64,000 bases of DNA from Fistulifera solaris (Eukaryota). Positions 1 to 12,664 of this stretch are shown in pieces. Location: contig AP026151.1 of the NCBI GenBank assembly GCA_030295235.1, forward strand, positions 558,001-622,000, written 5' to 3'. Every line of letters begins with the position of its first letter. The first letter of the stretch is position 1. A program made the translations under genes and the position numbers. A model generated the notes under the pieces. It was not told where the DNA came from and did no database searches. It saw only the letters and a program-made list of their open reading frames with translations.

Positions 1-1285
1 GGCGCACCGCACGCGTCAAGCGACCGTCGTTTATGACGGTAAAGCCAATGGTGAGTTTCGTTTGTTGCGTGTATTAGTAGTAGTAGAGCGCCAAAAGAGA
101 ATGACCTTTGAGGTGAATTATACACAATATACTGGTAGAGAAATAAATTGAAAAGCAAAGAGATTAGGCAATTTGAAGAGTGAATAAGTGACGACGATGA
201 AAGCAGATGATGCACATTGACCGTTGCGTGAGGCATTCTCGTTAGAGGGATTGAAGTGCCGTTCCTATTCGCGATCCTTTGGAATCCAAATTCAAATTTC
301 GAACCTTTTTTCCAGAGCACATCTCTCACACTCTTCATTTCTTTTCTCTTCCAGCTATCCGCGATCGTATCAAGAATGTAAAGAACACGGGAAAGATCAC
401 CAAGGCCATGAAACTGGTGGCGGCGGCCAAAGTACGACGTGCGCAAGACGCTGTCTTGGCCACCCGTCCTTTCTCGGAGACTCTTCAATCGGTGTTCGGC
501 GGTTTGATTCAGCGACTTGACGGAGAAGCTGTCGATCTTCCTCTTTGACGCAGCGTGAAGTCAAGAAGGTCACTCTCACCGTCATTACCGGTGATCGTGG
601 TCTGTGCGGTGGATACAACTCCTTCATGATCAAGAAAGCCGAAGCTCGTTTCGCGCAACTCAAGAAAAGTGGAGTTGATGTCGATATGGTATTGGTGGGA
701 AACAAAGGTATTAAGTACTTTCAGAGACGCAACTACCCCATCCGAAAGACCTTTCCGACCGGCCAGAACCCCAGCGCCAAGCAGGCCCTGGCTATTTCCG
801 ATGAGTTGCTAAACACATTCCTTTCGGGTGAAAGTGATGCCGTGGAACTTTTCTACACCAAATTCGAGTCGCTCATTTCGTCCTCGCCCAGTGTGCGTAC
901 TTTGGTGCCCTTCTCGGCTAGCGATATCACCCAGAAGGCCGACGAAGTCTTCCAGCTTACTTCAGACCACGGTGCCTTTGGTGTCACCCGTGAGGAATTG
1001 GATGTTGCCGCTCCCCAGGAGTTCCCCAACGACATGATCTTCGAGCAAGACCCTCTCCAGATTGTCAACTCCATCCTTCCCCTGTACTTGAACGGCCAGA
1101 TCCTCCGTTGTTTGCAGGAATCCGTCGCCTCTGAGCTGGCGGCCCGTATGCAGTCTATGCAGAGTGCCAGTGACAACGCTTCACAGCTTGCCAAGTCGTT
1201 GACTCTCGAGTACAACCGTGCTCGTCAGGCGGCAGTTACACAAGAGATTTTGGAGATTGTTTCCGGCGCTAGTGCACTTGAGTAA
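1..1285 (+). CDS. atpC: Plastid ATP synthase gamma subunit, nuclear encoded. 5' end lies outside the window; intron 51-354; 1-nt frameshift near 545
   Basis: The exon ending at 50 reads [22 protein letters not shown]...TTCCAG intron joins it to [41 protein letters not shown] and ELAARMQSM...[17 protein letters not shown] are F1 gamma motifs. It lacks the plant redox Cys pair, as expected for diatoms. Confidence 0.96.
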
Positions 1286-1340
1286 AAAGTGATGATTAAA
1301 GTATAAGCAAAAAAATCTTATGGTGTATTTTGATGGAACG

Positions 1341-2126
1341 TCATTGTGTCTTGTTGCTGGGTCTCTGTAGATAACGAACGGACTGTGTCGCAAAGTCGAC
1401 CAGATACCCTTCCGCTTCTTGAGTGGAAGTCGAAAGCGCGATTTGGAACGAGTCGGAAGCAAAGCCAGCTGCTTGCGCAAGACCTACTACCGCACTCGGA
1501 AGATAAATAGCATGTCCCACAATCCACAATGTACAATCCTTCGACGACTTTGTCTCTTTCAGATGGTTGTTTATAGCCGTAGTGGTCTCACGGGCATACG
1601 CTCCCAAAAGTTGATGCATCAATTCACGCTCCTGTTGATTTTCGTTTTCCAAATAGTCCCGAAGTGGAGCATAACCAATTTTACGAAAGATTGCACTTCC
1701 ACCTGGTTGAATCGTTCCATCGTAAAGGGATTGAATTGGATGTAGGGAGGCTGCAGGACAAAAGAGTCGGGCCGTTTCCACCGTGCGCGGAGCGGGTGAT
1801 ACGAGCAAAAAGGGATGATGCGGTTCGAGTTCTTTTCCAAAGGATTGACCGGCTTCGATGGCCTGTTGACGACCAATTTCACTGAGCGGACGCTCCCAGT
1901 CATTAATGCAAGGTAACGTCTTGCCGTGTCGAAGAAAGCCGATGCGTCTCACACCCGCCGTGGCATCCTTGAAAGCTGGAATAGGGGCGACCCAATCCTG
2001 AAAGCCGCGGCAGGATGACGCGAGTTGGAAGAATACAGAAGCGAATCGCGCTGATCCTTTTTCATTCGAAGCATGGGTTATAGAAGGGTCGATAACTGAA
2101 ATAATAATCATGAGGTATTTGATCAA
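1341..2126 (-). CDS. Histidine phosphatase superfamily protein (PGM/SixA-like); start uncertain
   Basis: FLRHGKT, RPLSEIGRQQA, SPAPRTVETA and IVGHA match the RHG phosphatase motifs. Confidence 0.8.
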   Translation of the reverse strand: MIKYLMIIISVIDPSITHASNEKGSARFASVFFQLASSCRGFQDWVAPIPAFKDATAGVRRIGFLRHGKTLPCINDWERPLSEIGRQQAIEAGQSFGKELEPHHPFLLVSPAPRTVETARLFCPAASLHPIQSLYDGTIQPGGSAIFRKIGYAPLRDYLENENQQERELMHQLLGAYARETTTAINNHLKETKSSKDCTLWIVGHAIYLPSAVVGLAQAAGFASDSFQIALSTSTQEAEGYLVDFATQSVRYLQRPSNKTQ

Positions 2127-2296
2127 TGTTATGAAAGCTTCATCGCACAGAGAAAAAGATATCGGAATGAAAGAGGGTGCGAGTCACGGGTCAACCAGTC
2201 ACGGGTCGCTATGCAACGAACGTGTGCATTTTTGCATTATTGTTTGTCAAGGCTAATATATAACAAAGCTACCTTTCATCCGACAGATCTTATTCT

Positions 2297-3418
2297 ATGC
2301 TCAGTGGGCTCGCAACAACAGAAGGCGCTGCTCCTCCTAATAGAAATTTCACCATTTTCCTCATGCATTGGCTTTTGATTTGTTGCTGTTTGGGATCCAT
2401 CGGAACCACCGTTTCCTTTGTATTTTCGGCTAGTCCTACGACTATTCTGCAACCCAGAATCTCCATGACGACGACCGAAGACGACTTTGTACCGCTCAAT
2501 CCGGAAAGTTTGTCGGCCACTTCCTGTCTCATCGAACAGACGCTATGTCAGCCTTCATCCGAACGACCTCAATTGGCCAAAGACTTTCATTATGCATCCG
2601 CAGTTTTAGATGCATGGCGAGAAGAAGAGCTGAACAGTGAAATTGCGTGGTGCACGGAATACAATTCGGTGACTTATCACGATAGCGATGGTACTCCTTT
2701 GTATGGTCACTGGGTACGAAAGCAAGGCAGCCACGAAAAGGATGATACATTTGGGATTCTTTTGTTTCATACCGGAGCAGGACCGCACGATATTTTCTTG
2801 CTTTGGAAGGCGGCATCATTGGTCATGGCATTGGATTGTCAAGTGTTAATTGCTGACATCTTGTCCGACGAATCCGGATGGGCTTGGGATCTGGATCGCA
2901 GTCGGTACGAAACGGTTCGTCAGCAAGTACTGGAAGGAGAAGGAACAGTAAGACCGCTTCTGCAAAAACGCATCCGTGCTGCAGTGTCAGTATTGAAAAG
3001 TCAAGTGGACGAGAATCGATTGTCAGCACTGGGCTGGTGTCTGGGTGGGCATTCCATTCTGGAATTGGCGCGAATGAATTTACCGGAAATTCGAGCGATG
3101 GTAACCTTTCATGGTGTATTTGATGGCATTGAAGCTCCTACTGTCGCGGTTTCATCGGTGGGTGCCGAAATATTAATCTGCAATGGTGTCGAAGACCCCT
3201 TTGTGTCGAGTCAAACCTTGGAGAATGCTTTGGCAACCTTTCAGCAGTATGGACACCGACTTTCATTGCTGCAATTAAAAGGTGCGAAACACGGATTCAC
3301 TAATCCTGCGCAAGATTCCAATGAGAATCCAGCATTCGCGTTCCATGCCGAGTCGGCTCATAAATCGTGGCACCAAGCCACCGCGCTGCTGAAAAGAAGA
3401 TGTTCGACCTTGCCGTAG
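2297..3418 (+). CDS. Dienelactone hydrolase family alpha/beta hydrolase; probable start at MHWLL (~2363) with a signal peptide
   Basis: Nucleophile GWCLGG, then FHG, EDPFV and KHGFTNP. Confidence 0.88.
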   Translation: MLSGLATTEGAAPPNRNFTIFLMHWLLICCCLGSIGTTVSFVFSASPTTILQPRISMTTTEDDFVPLNPESLSATSCLIEQTLCQPSSERPQLAKDFHYASAVLDAWREEELNSEIAWCTEYNSVTYHDSDGTPLYGHWVRKQGSHEKDDTFGILLFHTGAGPHDIFLLWKAASLVMALDCQVLIADILSDESGWAWDLDRSRYETVRQQVLEGEGTVRPLLQKRIRAAVSVLKSQVDENRLSALGWCLGGHSILELARMNLPEIRAMVTFHGVFDGIEAPTVAVSSVGAEILICNGVEDPFVSSQTLENALATFQQYGHRLSLLQLKGAKHGFTNPAQDSNENPAFAFHAESAHKSWHQATALLKRRCSTLP

Positions 3419-3497
3419 AAACCGTTCGTCTTGACCAAGATAAAGAAATGTACTATACTGTCTAAATAGTTTATGAAGTACTAAGTTTACTACAAGC

Positions 3498-5335
3498 CTA
3501 GATGAGAGAATCCTTCTGTTCCAAATCACTTTCACTCAAAACAGTATCCTTCGTGTTGATAATAGCACCATCTTCTGACAATAGACATGAACAGCTCAGC
3601 AAATAATTCCGACAACTCTCCTTATCTTCGCCAAATCCAAGCTCCTGTGCAACAAAGTCCATTTCAACAGCCGGCCGATAAGCACGACAGATTTGCTGTA
3701 GACCATTGAATCGCATCGTCGGAACTATGTGATCCATTAAAAATGCCCCCAAGTTGGGGCACGAACGTCGTAAACGGAAGAACAAATGATAATTTAACTC
3801 GGCTACCGCTTCGCGAACCAGCAAAGCATGATGAATGGCGGGATCCTCTTTTTCCGTTGGACTCAACGATAGCATCAAATGAAACAAGTCGGACGATCCA
3901 CCCGTATACTTCCTATTCCCCATCAAAAACACATAATACAGCAAACGATAAGCAAGAAACTCGCGGATATTTTTGGTAGCTTCGGTGTCACCATGCAAAA
4001 TACGGTACAGCTCCTTGAGCTGCGTCTGGCACTGATTGTACTCATTCAAATCATTTTCTTCCAGAGCGATTCTGGCGTGTGTTTCGTACACATCAATCGT
4101 AAAGGAATTTTGAATTCTTTGAACCGTGCAATCTTGTCGGATAGCCTTGAGCTGCGAGCAAAACCAAATGTAATCTCTGCGATTGGGGCGCCGTCGCTCT
4201 TGTTTCATGTTCTCCGAATGCTGCCGCAGAACAGCCTCTGGTCTCACCAGCTCCGGACGAGGTGGCGCGGTTAATCTCAAGTACTCTTTTTCCATCTTCA
4301 AACACGTACCCTTCACTGTCATCTTTTCAAAATCTTCTTCCGTCAATTTTCCCGTCTTTCCTCCAATCGTTTCTCTTCCCATGAAGCGTCCAAAACCCTC
4401 CACTGCATTGCTAGATGATGAGGCTTCTCCAATACCACCCGGGCCTACAAACCGTTTCTCGCGACTCTGAAGTGCCAACGTAGACTGGTCAAAACCATTG
4501 TCTTTGCGCTTCTTCGTTTGGAGTGTTTCAGAGATGTCCCCCGGTCCATAATAAGAAGGCGTGCTGTTTCTTTTCGTCGCGCTTTTGTGCTGTATGGCAA
4601 AATGAGAGATGTTAGCTGTTTCTGGAGACAAAGTTGGACCATAGTAACCGTGTTTTGACGAATTCTGCGATGCTTGCCGGTAAGCAGGACTCGTGTACAC
4701 GCTTTGCTGTTGTTGCAACGACGTGGATTGTGGTCTAACTAACGGCACTTCACTCCAATCTTTGATATGAAGGTTGTTGGACATGATCGCTTCTTGTATC
4801 AACTTCTGCACTTGTTCCATGACTTCATCCTTTTCTTTTGAGTTTTACACGGCAACAAACAACGATGAACAAACACTTTCAGGCTTGCAGGCGAATCCTC
4901 TTTCCCACCCGACGGTTGAGCACTTGCAAAAGTAGGGTTGTGAGATGAGGGCGCACTATTCGAATGATTCACTTCTGTGTAATGAGCAGGTGGTGGAGGC
5001 AGATCAAACGGCGCCATCGTAGCTCCAGGATTCTGATGGAAGAAATGTGCGGCTCGACTCGACTCATCTGCCTGATACTTAGCCCATCGATACTGCTGAT
5101 CGGCGTCACTTCGCAATTGAGGGTCGGGTGATTGTAAATGGGGTTCCCAACGCTGCGCTTGCTCCGTGTAGGCATGATAATATTCCGTGTAGAGCTGGAC
5201 CAAATTCTTACCGTTCAAGCTTGTTTCGTAAGTTGTGTGTGTTGTATGCAACGTTGCAGACGGCACCCATGATGTGCCGTTCCATGTCATTTCGGGTTGT
5301 TGTGCGGTAGCGTTTTGCTGGTAATTAGCGTACAT
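3498..5335 (-). CDS. SAC3/GANP/THP3 (LENG8-like) PCI-domain protein; frameshift near 4820-4840
   Basis: KGTC..MEKEYLRLTAPP.PELVRP, QLKAIRQDCTVQ and VYETHARIALE..DLNEYNQCQTQL. The N-terminal part starts at MYANYQQ (5335) in another frame across a T-rich tract. Confidence 0.85.
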
Positions 5336-5762
5336 GTTTTCGCGACGATTGTAAGTTGGTGTCAAGCATGAGAGTATCACTCGATTTTGATGCGGCAAGC
5401 AGACAGAACCTTTTAGAATAATGATATGTTTCGAGAAAAAATGGAAGATGATATGGCTAACTGATAATAATAAAGTTGTAGTATTACACGCCCGGGGCTG
5501 TTTCGTCTTATCGCAAGGACTCAATTACGTTTCTGTTCTGTTGCAACGCAACACGCAACAAAAAAATAATGGAGCGCGCAGAACCGCAAGACTATTGTCC
5601 CCTGTACGACACACACTAAACTCAAACAAAGTGTAACGGTCAGTACGTCGTTATTTGTTTTGCAATCCAGCCGAAAGTATCGCACCAGTACTAATAAAGT
5701 ATATTGCAAATCATAACAATATCGTACAGAGATTTATTCGATCAGTGGACCACAACGAAGGG

Positions 5763-5816
5763 TGACGTATCCGTGACGGTCGACCACGTCACGCAGAGCT
5801 TCAAACACCTACGTCA
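5763..5816. promoter_or_regulatory. Cluster of CCRE-like (TGACGT/ACGTCA) bZIP elements upstream of the bestrophin gene
   Basis: TGACGT at 5763-5768, TGACGG at 5774-5779, ACGTCA at 5786-5791 and ACGTCA at 5811-5816, about 250-310 nt before ATG 6070. Confidence 0.55.
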
Positions 5817-6069
5817 GAATGCCTCTTCCATCGTACACATTGTCAGACACTGCTGGCGTCGTCTACTTTTCGCTGGCAGTGAGAATTCAGTCTTCCGAAA
5901 GCAACCTCTTTGACTTGACAGTAACGCAAACTGTACACTCCGTTGTCGCCTACGACCCTTACGTACTTGGATCTTCGGATTGATGTAAAAAAAGCACCAT
6001 GGCTTCATCATGCCATTGTTTCTCATTGATTTCTTTCTAGCTTATTCGATTTGACTTAAAAGAGAAACC

Positions 6070-7739
6070 ATGGTCCGATTTACTTGTATTTTTCCTTTAG
6101 TGGCAGCGTTGATTAGCAACGCAAGCGCCTTTGTCACCCCGGCCAACAGCGTAGCAAAACACGCGACGCCTCGTTTCGAAGGCAACGAGCGACGCCTCAT
6201 TTCGGCACCGTCGGATGGGAGCGTGGCGAAGCGTTCGACGTCTCGTTTCTCATCCGAAGGCACTGGATGGGATAGTTTTAAGGGTCTACGTGACTTCACA
6301 AACATTCCTTCGGGAGAAGAGCAGCGCAAATTTCGTCGCACGGTCTACACGCACAAAGACTGGAAAAAGCACCGATCTCAAGATCGGTTTGTTTTTTATC
6401 TCCTGGCCATGTTTAAGTCGGGAGTTTACAAGAACATTGGACGCGAAGTGATCACCATTACGGCGGTCGCAGCCTTTGTGTGTATCTACAATTCGTTGGT
6501 TGGTGGATTTACGGATCTCAACGGCGTTCAGCAAGCGGCTTTGCTCCAGAGTCAGTTTCTTCCCAAGTTGACACTTCCGCTGTCCTTGTTCACCATCACT
6601 TCTTCTTCGCTCGGTCTTCTTCTCGGTAAGTTCGTTCTGGCAAGTCTTGTATTTGATTACTGCGATCGGATTCCTCTAACCTACATCCACTGTATAGTGT
6701 TCCGCACCAACACGTCTTACCAACGTTGGGACGAAGCTCGTAAAAACTGGGGGTAAGTTTTTTTTTCGTTGTTGTCGACTTCATTGCAAGCAAGACCATC
6801 GTCTGACGCAAGCTGATTTTTTTTTCTACTCAGAATGAACATCAACCACACCCGTGATCTTGTGCGCATGGCGAATGCCTACTATGACAGTACGGGTGTT
6901 CCCCCGGAAGTCCGTGCTGATGATATGAACCACGTTGCTCTTTGCACTTGGGCCTTTGTCCGTTGCATGAAACGCCACTTGTCTCCGGAGGAAGAAGATG
7001 AAGCTGACTTTCAAAAGAAATTCTTGAAAAGCTTCCTAGACAGCAGGCCGAGATGATCATTGCTGCTGCTCATCGTCCCAATCGTGCCTTGCAAGATCTT
7101 TCGTACGCCATTGATGACTTGCCCATGCATTTCATTCGAAAGAATGAGATCCACAGGGCTGTGACGATTTTCGAGGATAACCTTGGAAGTTCGGAACGTC
7201 TTCTCTCGTCTCCGGTTCCTGTGTTCTATTCTCGACACTTGGCTCGCTTCTTGGCTGTTTGGTTGTTGTTTGTCCCCTTTGCCCTGTACGACAGTTTCAA
7301 TGCGTCGTGGAACCACATTGCCATGGTACCTGCCACTGCTGTCATGTCCATTTTCCTCGTGGGTATTGAAGAGCTCGGCACACAGCTAGAAGAACCTTTC
7401 ACGATTCTTCCCATGCAGGGATTCTGTGACAAGATTTACAACTGGTGCATGGAAATCGCGTCGTGGCAGCCAGGTGACAATGGTCGACCCATGAGACCGG
7501 TCAAGCCAGAACACGCCTATTTCACTTCCACTTCGGAAGGTGTCAACGGTTACGCCAACAACTACTACACGCCGCAGCAATCGTATTACAATGAACCCGC
7601 GCAGCCCCAGCAGTCGTACTACAGTGAACCCACACCGGCTCCTCAGTACTACAACGAGCCTACTCCGGCGCAGCCTGCGGCAAACCAAGGCTGGGTGGAC
7701 ATGGCCGAGTTCTTGCGACGACAAGGATCTGGAGTTTAA
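6070..7739 (+). CDS. Plastid/thylakoid bestrophin-like anion channel (UPF0187/VCCN/BST family); introns 6626-6697 and 6753-6833; frameshift near 7015
   Basis: Signal peptide followed by ASAFVTP. After splicing it reads SLGLLLVFRTNTSYQRWDEARKNWG, then SSERLLSSPVPVFYSRH and GIEELGTQLEEPF. Both introns are GTAAG...AG. Confidence 0.92.
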
Positions 7740-8753
7740 GCTTGGGTGATTTATGTATGGAAACAAGTTGTCGACATTCTAGCAAAATTATAACATAAAA
7801 CATAACTTGTGGTACCAACCACATGCTTGCTGACTTGGTATTTCTAAACATTGCCTGCATCTACAATCATGTGGTGTGTAGTAAGGCCAAGCGGTTATTT
7901 GAGCCCTCCAACTTTGACGTTGAAATATTGACTTATAAAGACGTGGACTAGAGTTCTTCATTCGGCATTGAAATGGGTGTTCATGGTCTTCGCTGATCTT
8001 GTATCCTGGGGTGCAAGGTAGCGGCATTATGCTCCGTAATTCCAATTCATCGACTTTTACCGTGAACTGTAACCGATACAAGACGGAGAAGTTGCCATGC
8101 AGATTTTTTAATGCGATCGCAACCGATAGCTTTCTAATAATAAACTCTAGCAGCTAGAGCAGCGACTGTCAACGAAGAAAGAAGCTCTAGGCGCTTTAAA
8201 GTCTCGCTCTAGCTAAAGATTAGACTAGGGAGACAGAGGGGCTTTGTTATTGTTATGGCATGCTGATCATCCAGCGCGATGAAGGCGAATAATGACAAGA
8301 AACAAGGTAGCGAACGTATCGATGCGAAATGCGAATCCGCATCATAAATACGACGATTATTGCCCCAACGATTGTATAAAGATTGAGCATTAATAAGCAA
8401 AACCCAAGATAGCGAGAAAAATGAGACGCCCGAGACAAGACCTCACAAGATCATAAATCCCGGGAATCCGGCTCCTCGGTGTACTATTAGTGTCTAGAAA
8501 ATATTTATCAGTATAACGCTAAATGTACCTCGCTGGGTTCTTACTTATGTGAATTCGAGTAACGGTTACAATGCACATGTACTCAATTTTCGGTCACTTT
8601 TCAAGTCAACGGTCACGCAGACACGCAGAGAAAACAATTTCGCTTTTCCTCATGATTTCCAACTCCTCACCTCCTCACTCGATCATTTCTTTTGTTTTGT
8701 TTGTTCTTCAAACGCCCATCTCAAAATATACAATTTGCTTTCAATTGAAAAGA

Positions 8754-9065
8754 ATGTCAGAAGACACTTCCTACAATCTCTTTCAGGTCGAGACGGCTCC
8801 TCGCCGGTGGAAAAAGCCGACTGCCAACGAGCCCAAAAGCCCCACGGTGGGCCATCTCAACACTGATTGGCTCGGCAGTAGCTTCAGTGATCTGTCAAGC
8901 TCTCCAGTACGTCAAAGCAGCAAAATTGACAATTCGTGGCTTGTAGCAGCCAATGTACAACGCCCCGAACCTATCAAGATCGAAGGATCCAACTCCGTCC
9001 GATCCAATCCCTTTTTGGAAAGTAAAGTGACCTTTACTATTGCGCAGCAGAACGACAGAATATGA
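8754..9065 (+). CDS. Possible small hypothetical protein (103 aa)
   Basis: ATG-started ORF (MSEDTSYNLFQ...) in an otherwise AT-richer gap; no recognisable motif. Confidence 0.35.
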   Translation: MSEDTSYNLFQVETAPRRWKKPTANEPKSPTVGHLNTDWLGSSFSDLSSSPVRQSSKIDNSWLVAANVQRPEPIKIEGSNSVRSNPFLESKVTFTIAQQNDRI

Positions 9066-9362
9066 AACCAACGCATTTTTACACAAAATAAAATGATTAC
9101 TGAAGTAGAAATCGCTTGCTATAGATCTATTGTGTTTGTTCGTTTGATGTTTTTGAAAATTGTACGTAGTGAGAAGAGAGGGTGCGACGCGACGTAACAC
9201 TCGTGACTGGAGCCATTTTTCGACCGTTCATTGTTGCGCCTATCGTCCACCCAAATATTTTCGACGGCGTGCAAAAACATGGAGAAAGAAAAAGGATTTT
9301 GAAAACAAAAAGGAAAGCTCTACAATTTATTTTACCAGTACACAGAGTCGTGCACTTATCCG

Positions 9363-12300
9363 ATGGCTTTTAGAAGTAACAGTGGCGATATTCCGCCTCC
9401 GAATGGTCAGGTCTTGTCGTTGATTTCGGCCTTTTCGAGCCCTGAAAATCATGAACTGCACGTACAAGCCATTCGAGCACTCGAAGAGGCGTTTGCCGGG
9501 GGTAGTTACGGGGATTTATGCCATCAGCTTGTCCTGTTTCTACTATTAAGTGATCACAGTCCTCCTGAAGAGATTTTCCATAAAATCGCCCCGGCGGACT
9601 TGGAAGCATGGCAAAGAACCGACGCTACTTCGGTGGCGAAATTGCAGCAACAACCAGCGCAATGGGTCGTTCTCGGTCAACTGGCGGGCTTTGTAATGAA
9701 AAATGCCTTGACTCGACCTCCGATCAATCCTCAATCCTCGCGGCCAGCTTTCGTGCCCGCTGGTCCTCTGGCCGAACATCTCAAAGAGTGCCTGTTGGTG
9801 GCTCTCGAATGTCAGCATGCCGAATTGAGAGCGGTGGCCAGTTCGATCATTGCTACCTGCGCCGTGTCGGCCGATGGTGTACAGCCGGTCATGCACGTGA
9901 GAGGCTGGCCGCAGCTCGTTCCGCACCTATTGGCACCGTTGCAACACCCCGGACTTCATCCTCGTGCATTTCACGGCGCAATAGATACGGTCAAGAAAAT
10001 ATTGGAAGATGGACCCAATGATCTTGATCCGCAAGAATTGGATGATTTAATTTTGGCGCTTATGCATTTGCTTCGAAACCAAGTCCAGCTATTGGACGAA
10101 AGTTCCAAAACGGCTATTCTAGAGTCACTGTTGGCTGCTTGTAGCACGGTGGATCGATCGGGTAGTCTCCAAAGTAGCGCCCTGATGGTACATGTTGAAG
10201 GCTACATACAAAGTTTATTATCGCTAGCGAACGACGCCAGTGCTGTGATTCGTCAAACGGTCTGCCGGAGTCTCGTTGCGTTGCTGGAAGTTCGGCCTGA
10301 TCTATTTGGTCGGGAACTGAAAATGTTTCAGACGGTCTCGCACGCCATGATCGAACGATCGTCGGATCAAGATCGCAATGTCGCACTCGATGCGTGTGAA
10401 TATTGGCTCACATTTTGTAGTCTCGAAATGCACGAAAATGGAAACGACACTTCGGCAATGAAAGATTTTGTACAGTCGTTGTTTCCGAAATTGCTCATTG
10501 TGTTATTGAACAACATTGTGTACGGGCCGGACGAGCAATCGGAGCTGCTGCAACAAAACGCTATGGAGTCGGCTGGTATTCCCGTAGATAGCACCAATGT
10601 GAAGCCGGTGTTTCATAAATCTCGGGCGCAGCACGTGGTGCACGCTGCTGGTAAAGGCGATGACTCGGATGACGACGATTGGGACGATGAAGACGACGAC
10701 GATGATGATGACGCAGATGAGGCAGATGAAGATGGAGGCAGCTTTTGGACTTTACGAAAATGTGCTGCTGCCAGTCTTGATTCATTGGCAATTTTATTTG
10801 GAGCCAATGCTATTCTTCCTGTATTGTGGCCTGCACTCGAACAAGGTTTGTCTTCCACCGAAGCAAACAAGGAATGGATTCAAGAGGCTTGCATCTTGGC
10901 CCTTGGCGCTGTAGCGGAAGGATGTCATCTTGAGCTCGGTGAAGCTCAAATTTTAGGACGTTTACATCCTTTCCTGCTCAGCCATTTAGATGTGGGGAAT
11001 CTTCCACAGCTGCAAAATTCAGCGGCGTGGACGCTTGGGAGATACGTTGCTTGGGCTGTTGAACAAGTCCAAACAGGAATGCAGCCAGATTTATTGGGTC
11101 ACATGACCCAACGTCTATTAGACTTGTTAGTTCGGACACCACATGCGTCGGTACAAGTTTCGGCTGTCACTGCCTTTGGGGTCCTTGTGGAATCAGCTGG
11201 AGATCTGATGGTGCCCTACTTGGAACCAATATTTGAGCAACTTGTGGTGGCGCTGCACAAATTCTATAGTCGATCTGGGAAAGTTGTGTTCCATCGCAGC
11301 TTACTGTTTCTTTTTGACACGTTTGGCATCATCGCTGACTGTTGTGGCCCTGCAATAGCCGAAGGTCACCTTCCCTCAATCTACTTGCCTTCTTTGATGC
11401 AAACTTGGGATACGCTCGCATCTAGTGCGTTGCAAGATCCAAAAGTCAATGCTGTCTTAATGCCCCTCATGGAAGGTTTGGCGAGCATTGCAGTAACGTC
11501 TGGGTTCAACTATCAGCCTTACGCGCTCCGGTCATTTGATAATGCCATGTGCATAATCGAAATGACAACTTTGTCTGTCTCGACGCTTGATGGAGCGAAC
11601 GACGGCCAGCTGTTCGACAATGAGGTAGACTACGATCCCATAGTGTGCTCTACTGATCTACTTGATGGGATGGTTGAAGGACTGGGATCAAATTTTGCGG
11701 AACTGGTCAAAAGTAGTCATCGCTATGGTTCACATTTCTTATCCGTGGTTCATTCCCTGTGTCGGCATGACGTTGGAAGTGTTCGAATGAGTGCCTTGGC
11801 TCTTCTTGGCGACTTGGCGCATCATACGCCGGCTATGCTAGAACCTGCTTGGACACAGCTTCTTCACGAGGCAGTCCGAAGCACCGACCCCCTTAGTCAG
11901 TCCCCATCCGTTGCTGCCAACGCTGTCTGGGCTACCGGAGAAATAATAATACGCTGCCAGGGAAACCCAAAGTCACTCGAACCTATCGTCGAACCTCTCA
12001 TTCAGAATTTGCTGGCGATTTTGGGGGATGCGACGGAAGGGTTGGTGGAAAATGCAGCGGCGTGTGCCGGTCGCTTGGCGATTGTATTAGCTGAAGTAGT
12101 CGCTCCCCATTTAGATCGTTTTCTATTGGCGGGATGGTGTGACGCAATGGGAAAGGTATCGGACCCGGACGAACGCCGAGATGCGTACGAGGGATTTTTT
12201 AAAAGCGATCTATCTGAACTCCAACGCTATTCATCGGGTACATGGTCAAGATGTTGTCACCGTGATTGTTGGCATAGTTCGATGTGTGATGACATGGCAC

Positions 12301-12507
12301 CTTCCCCCGCACCCCATGGGAGACTCGAACGAAGCATTTGAAAACCAATTTCGTCCTTTTCCGCCGACCGAAGCGAAATTGGGTGAAGCTTTATCGCAGC
12401 TACTCGTGAATTTGAAGTCGTCAGTAGGAGATGAGACTTGGATGATGGTGCAGCGGCATTTGCCTGTGAATGCAAGAAAGCTACTAAGAGAAGCTTATCA
12501 ATTATGA
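9363..12507 (+). CDS. TNPO1: Transportin-1 / importin beta-2 (karyopherin); frameshift near 12195-12205
   Basis: HEAT-repeat character, VALDACEYW, KPVFHKS plus an acidic loop then WTLRKCAAASLD, ILALGAVAEGC and ENAAACAGRL. The C-terminus continues in ORF 12139-12507 across a T6A4 run. Confidence 0.88.
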
Positions 12508-12664
12508 ACGCAAGGATCCTCGCGACAACCATGCTGAGCGGTGGGAAGGAAATGAGGTTATAGAGTCGCTATGGAAAAACGTTTTAAGGTACGAAATGAA
12601 AACAAAGTAAAAGAATATAACTATAGAGCGGACATTTTTAAAAACAAAAAGAATGAGAAAGAAA

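Noticed and set aside
279..1285. atpC, transportin or bestrophin as pseudogenes or programmed frameshifts
   Set aside because: Breaks are single-base and mostly in homopolymers of conserved or essential genes; sequencing error is far more likely.
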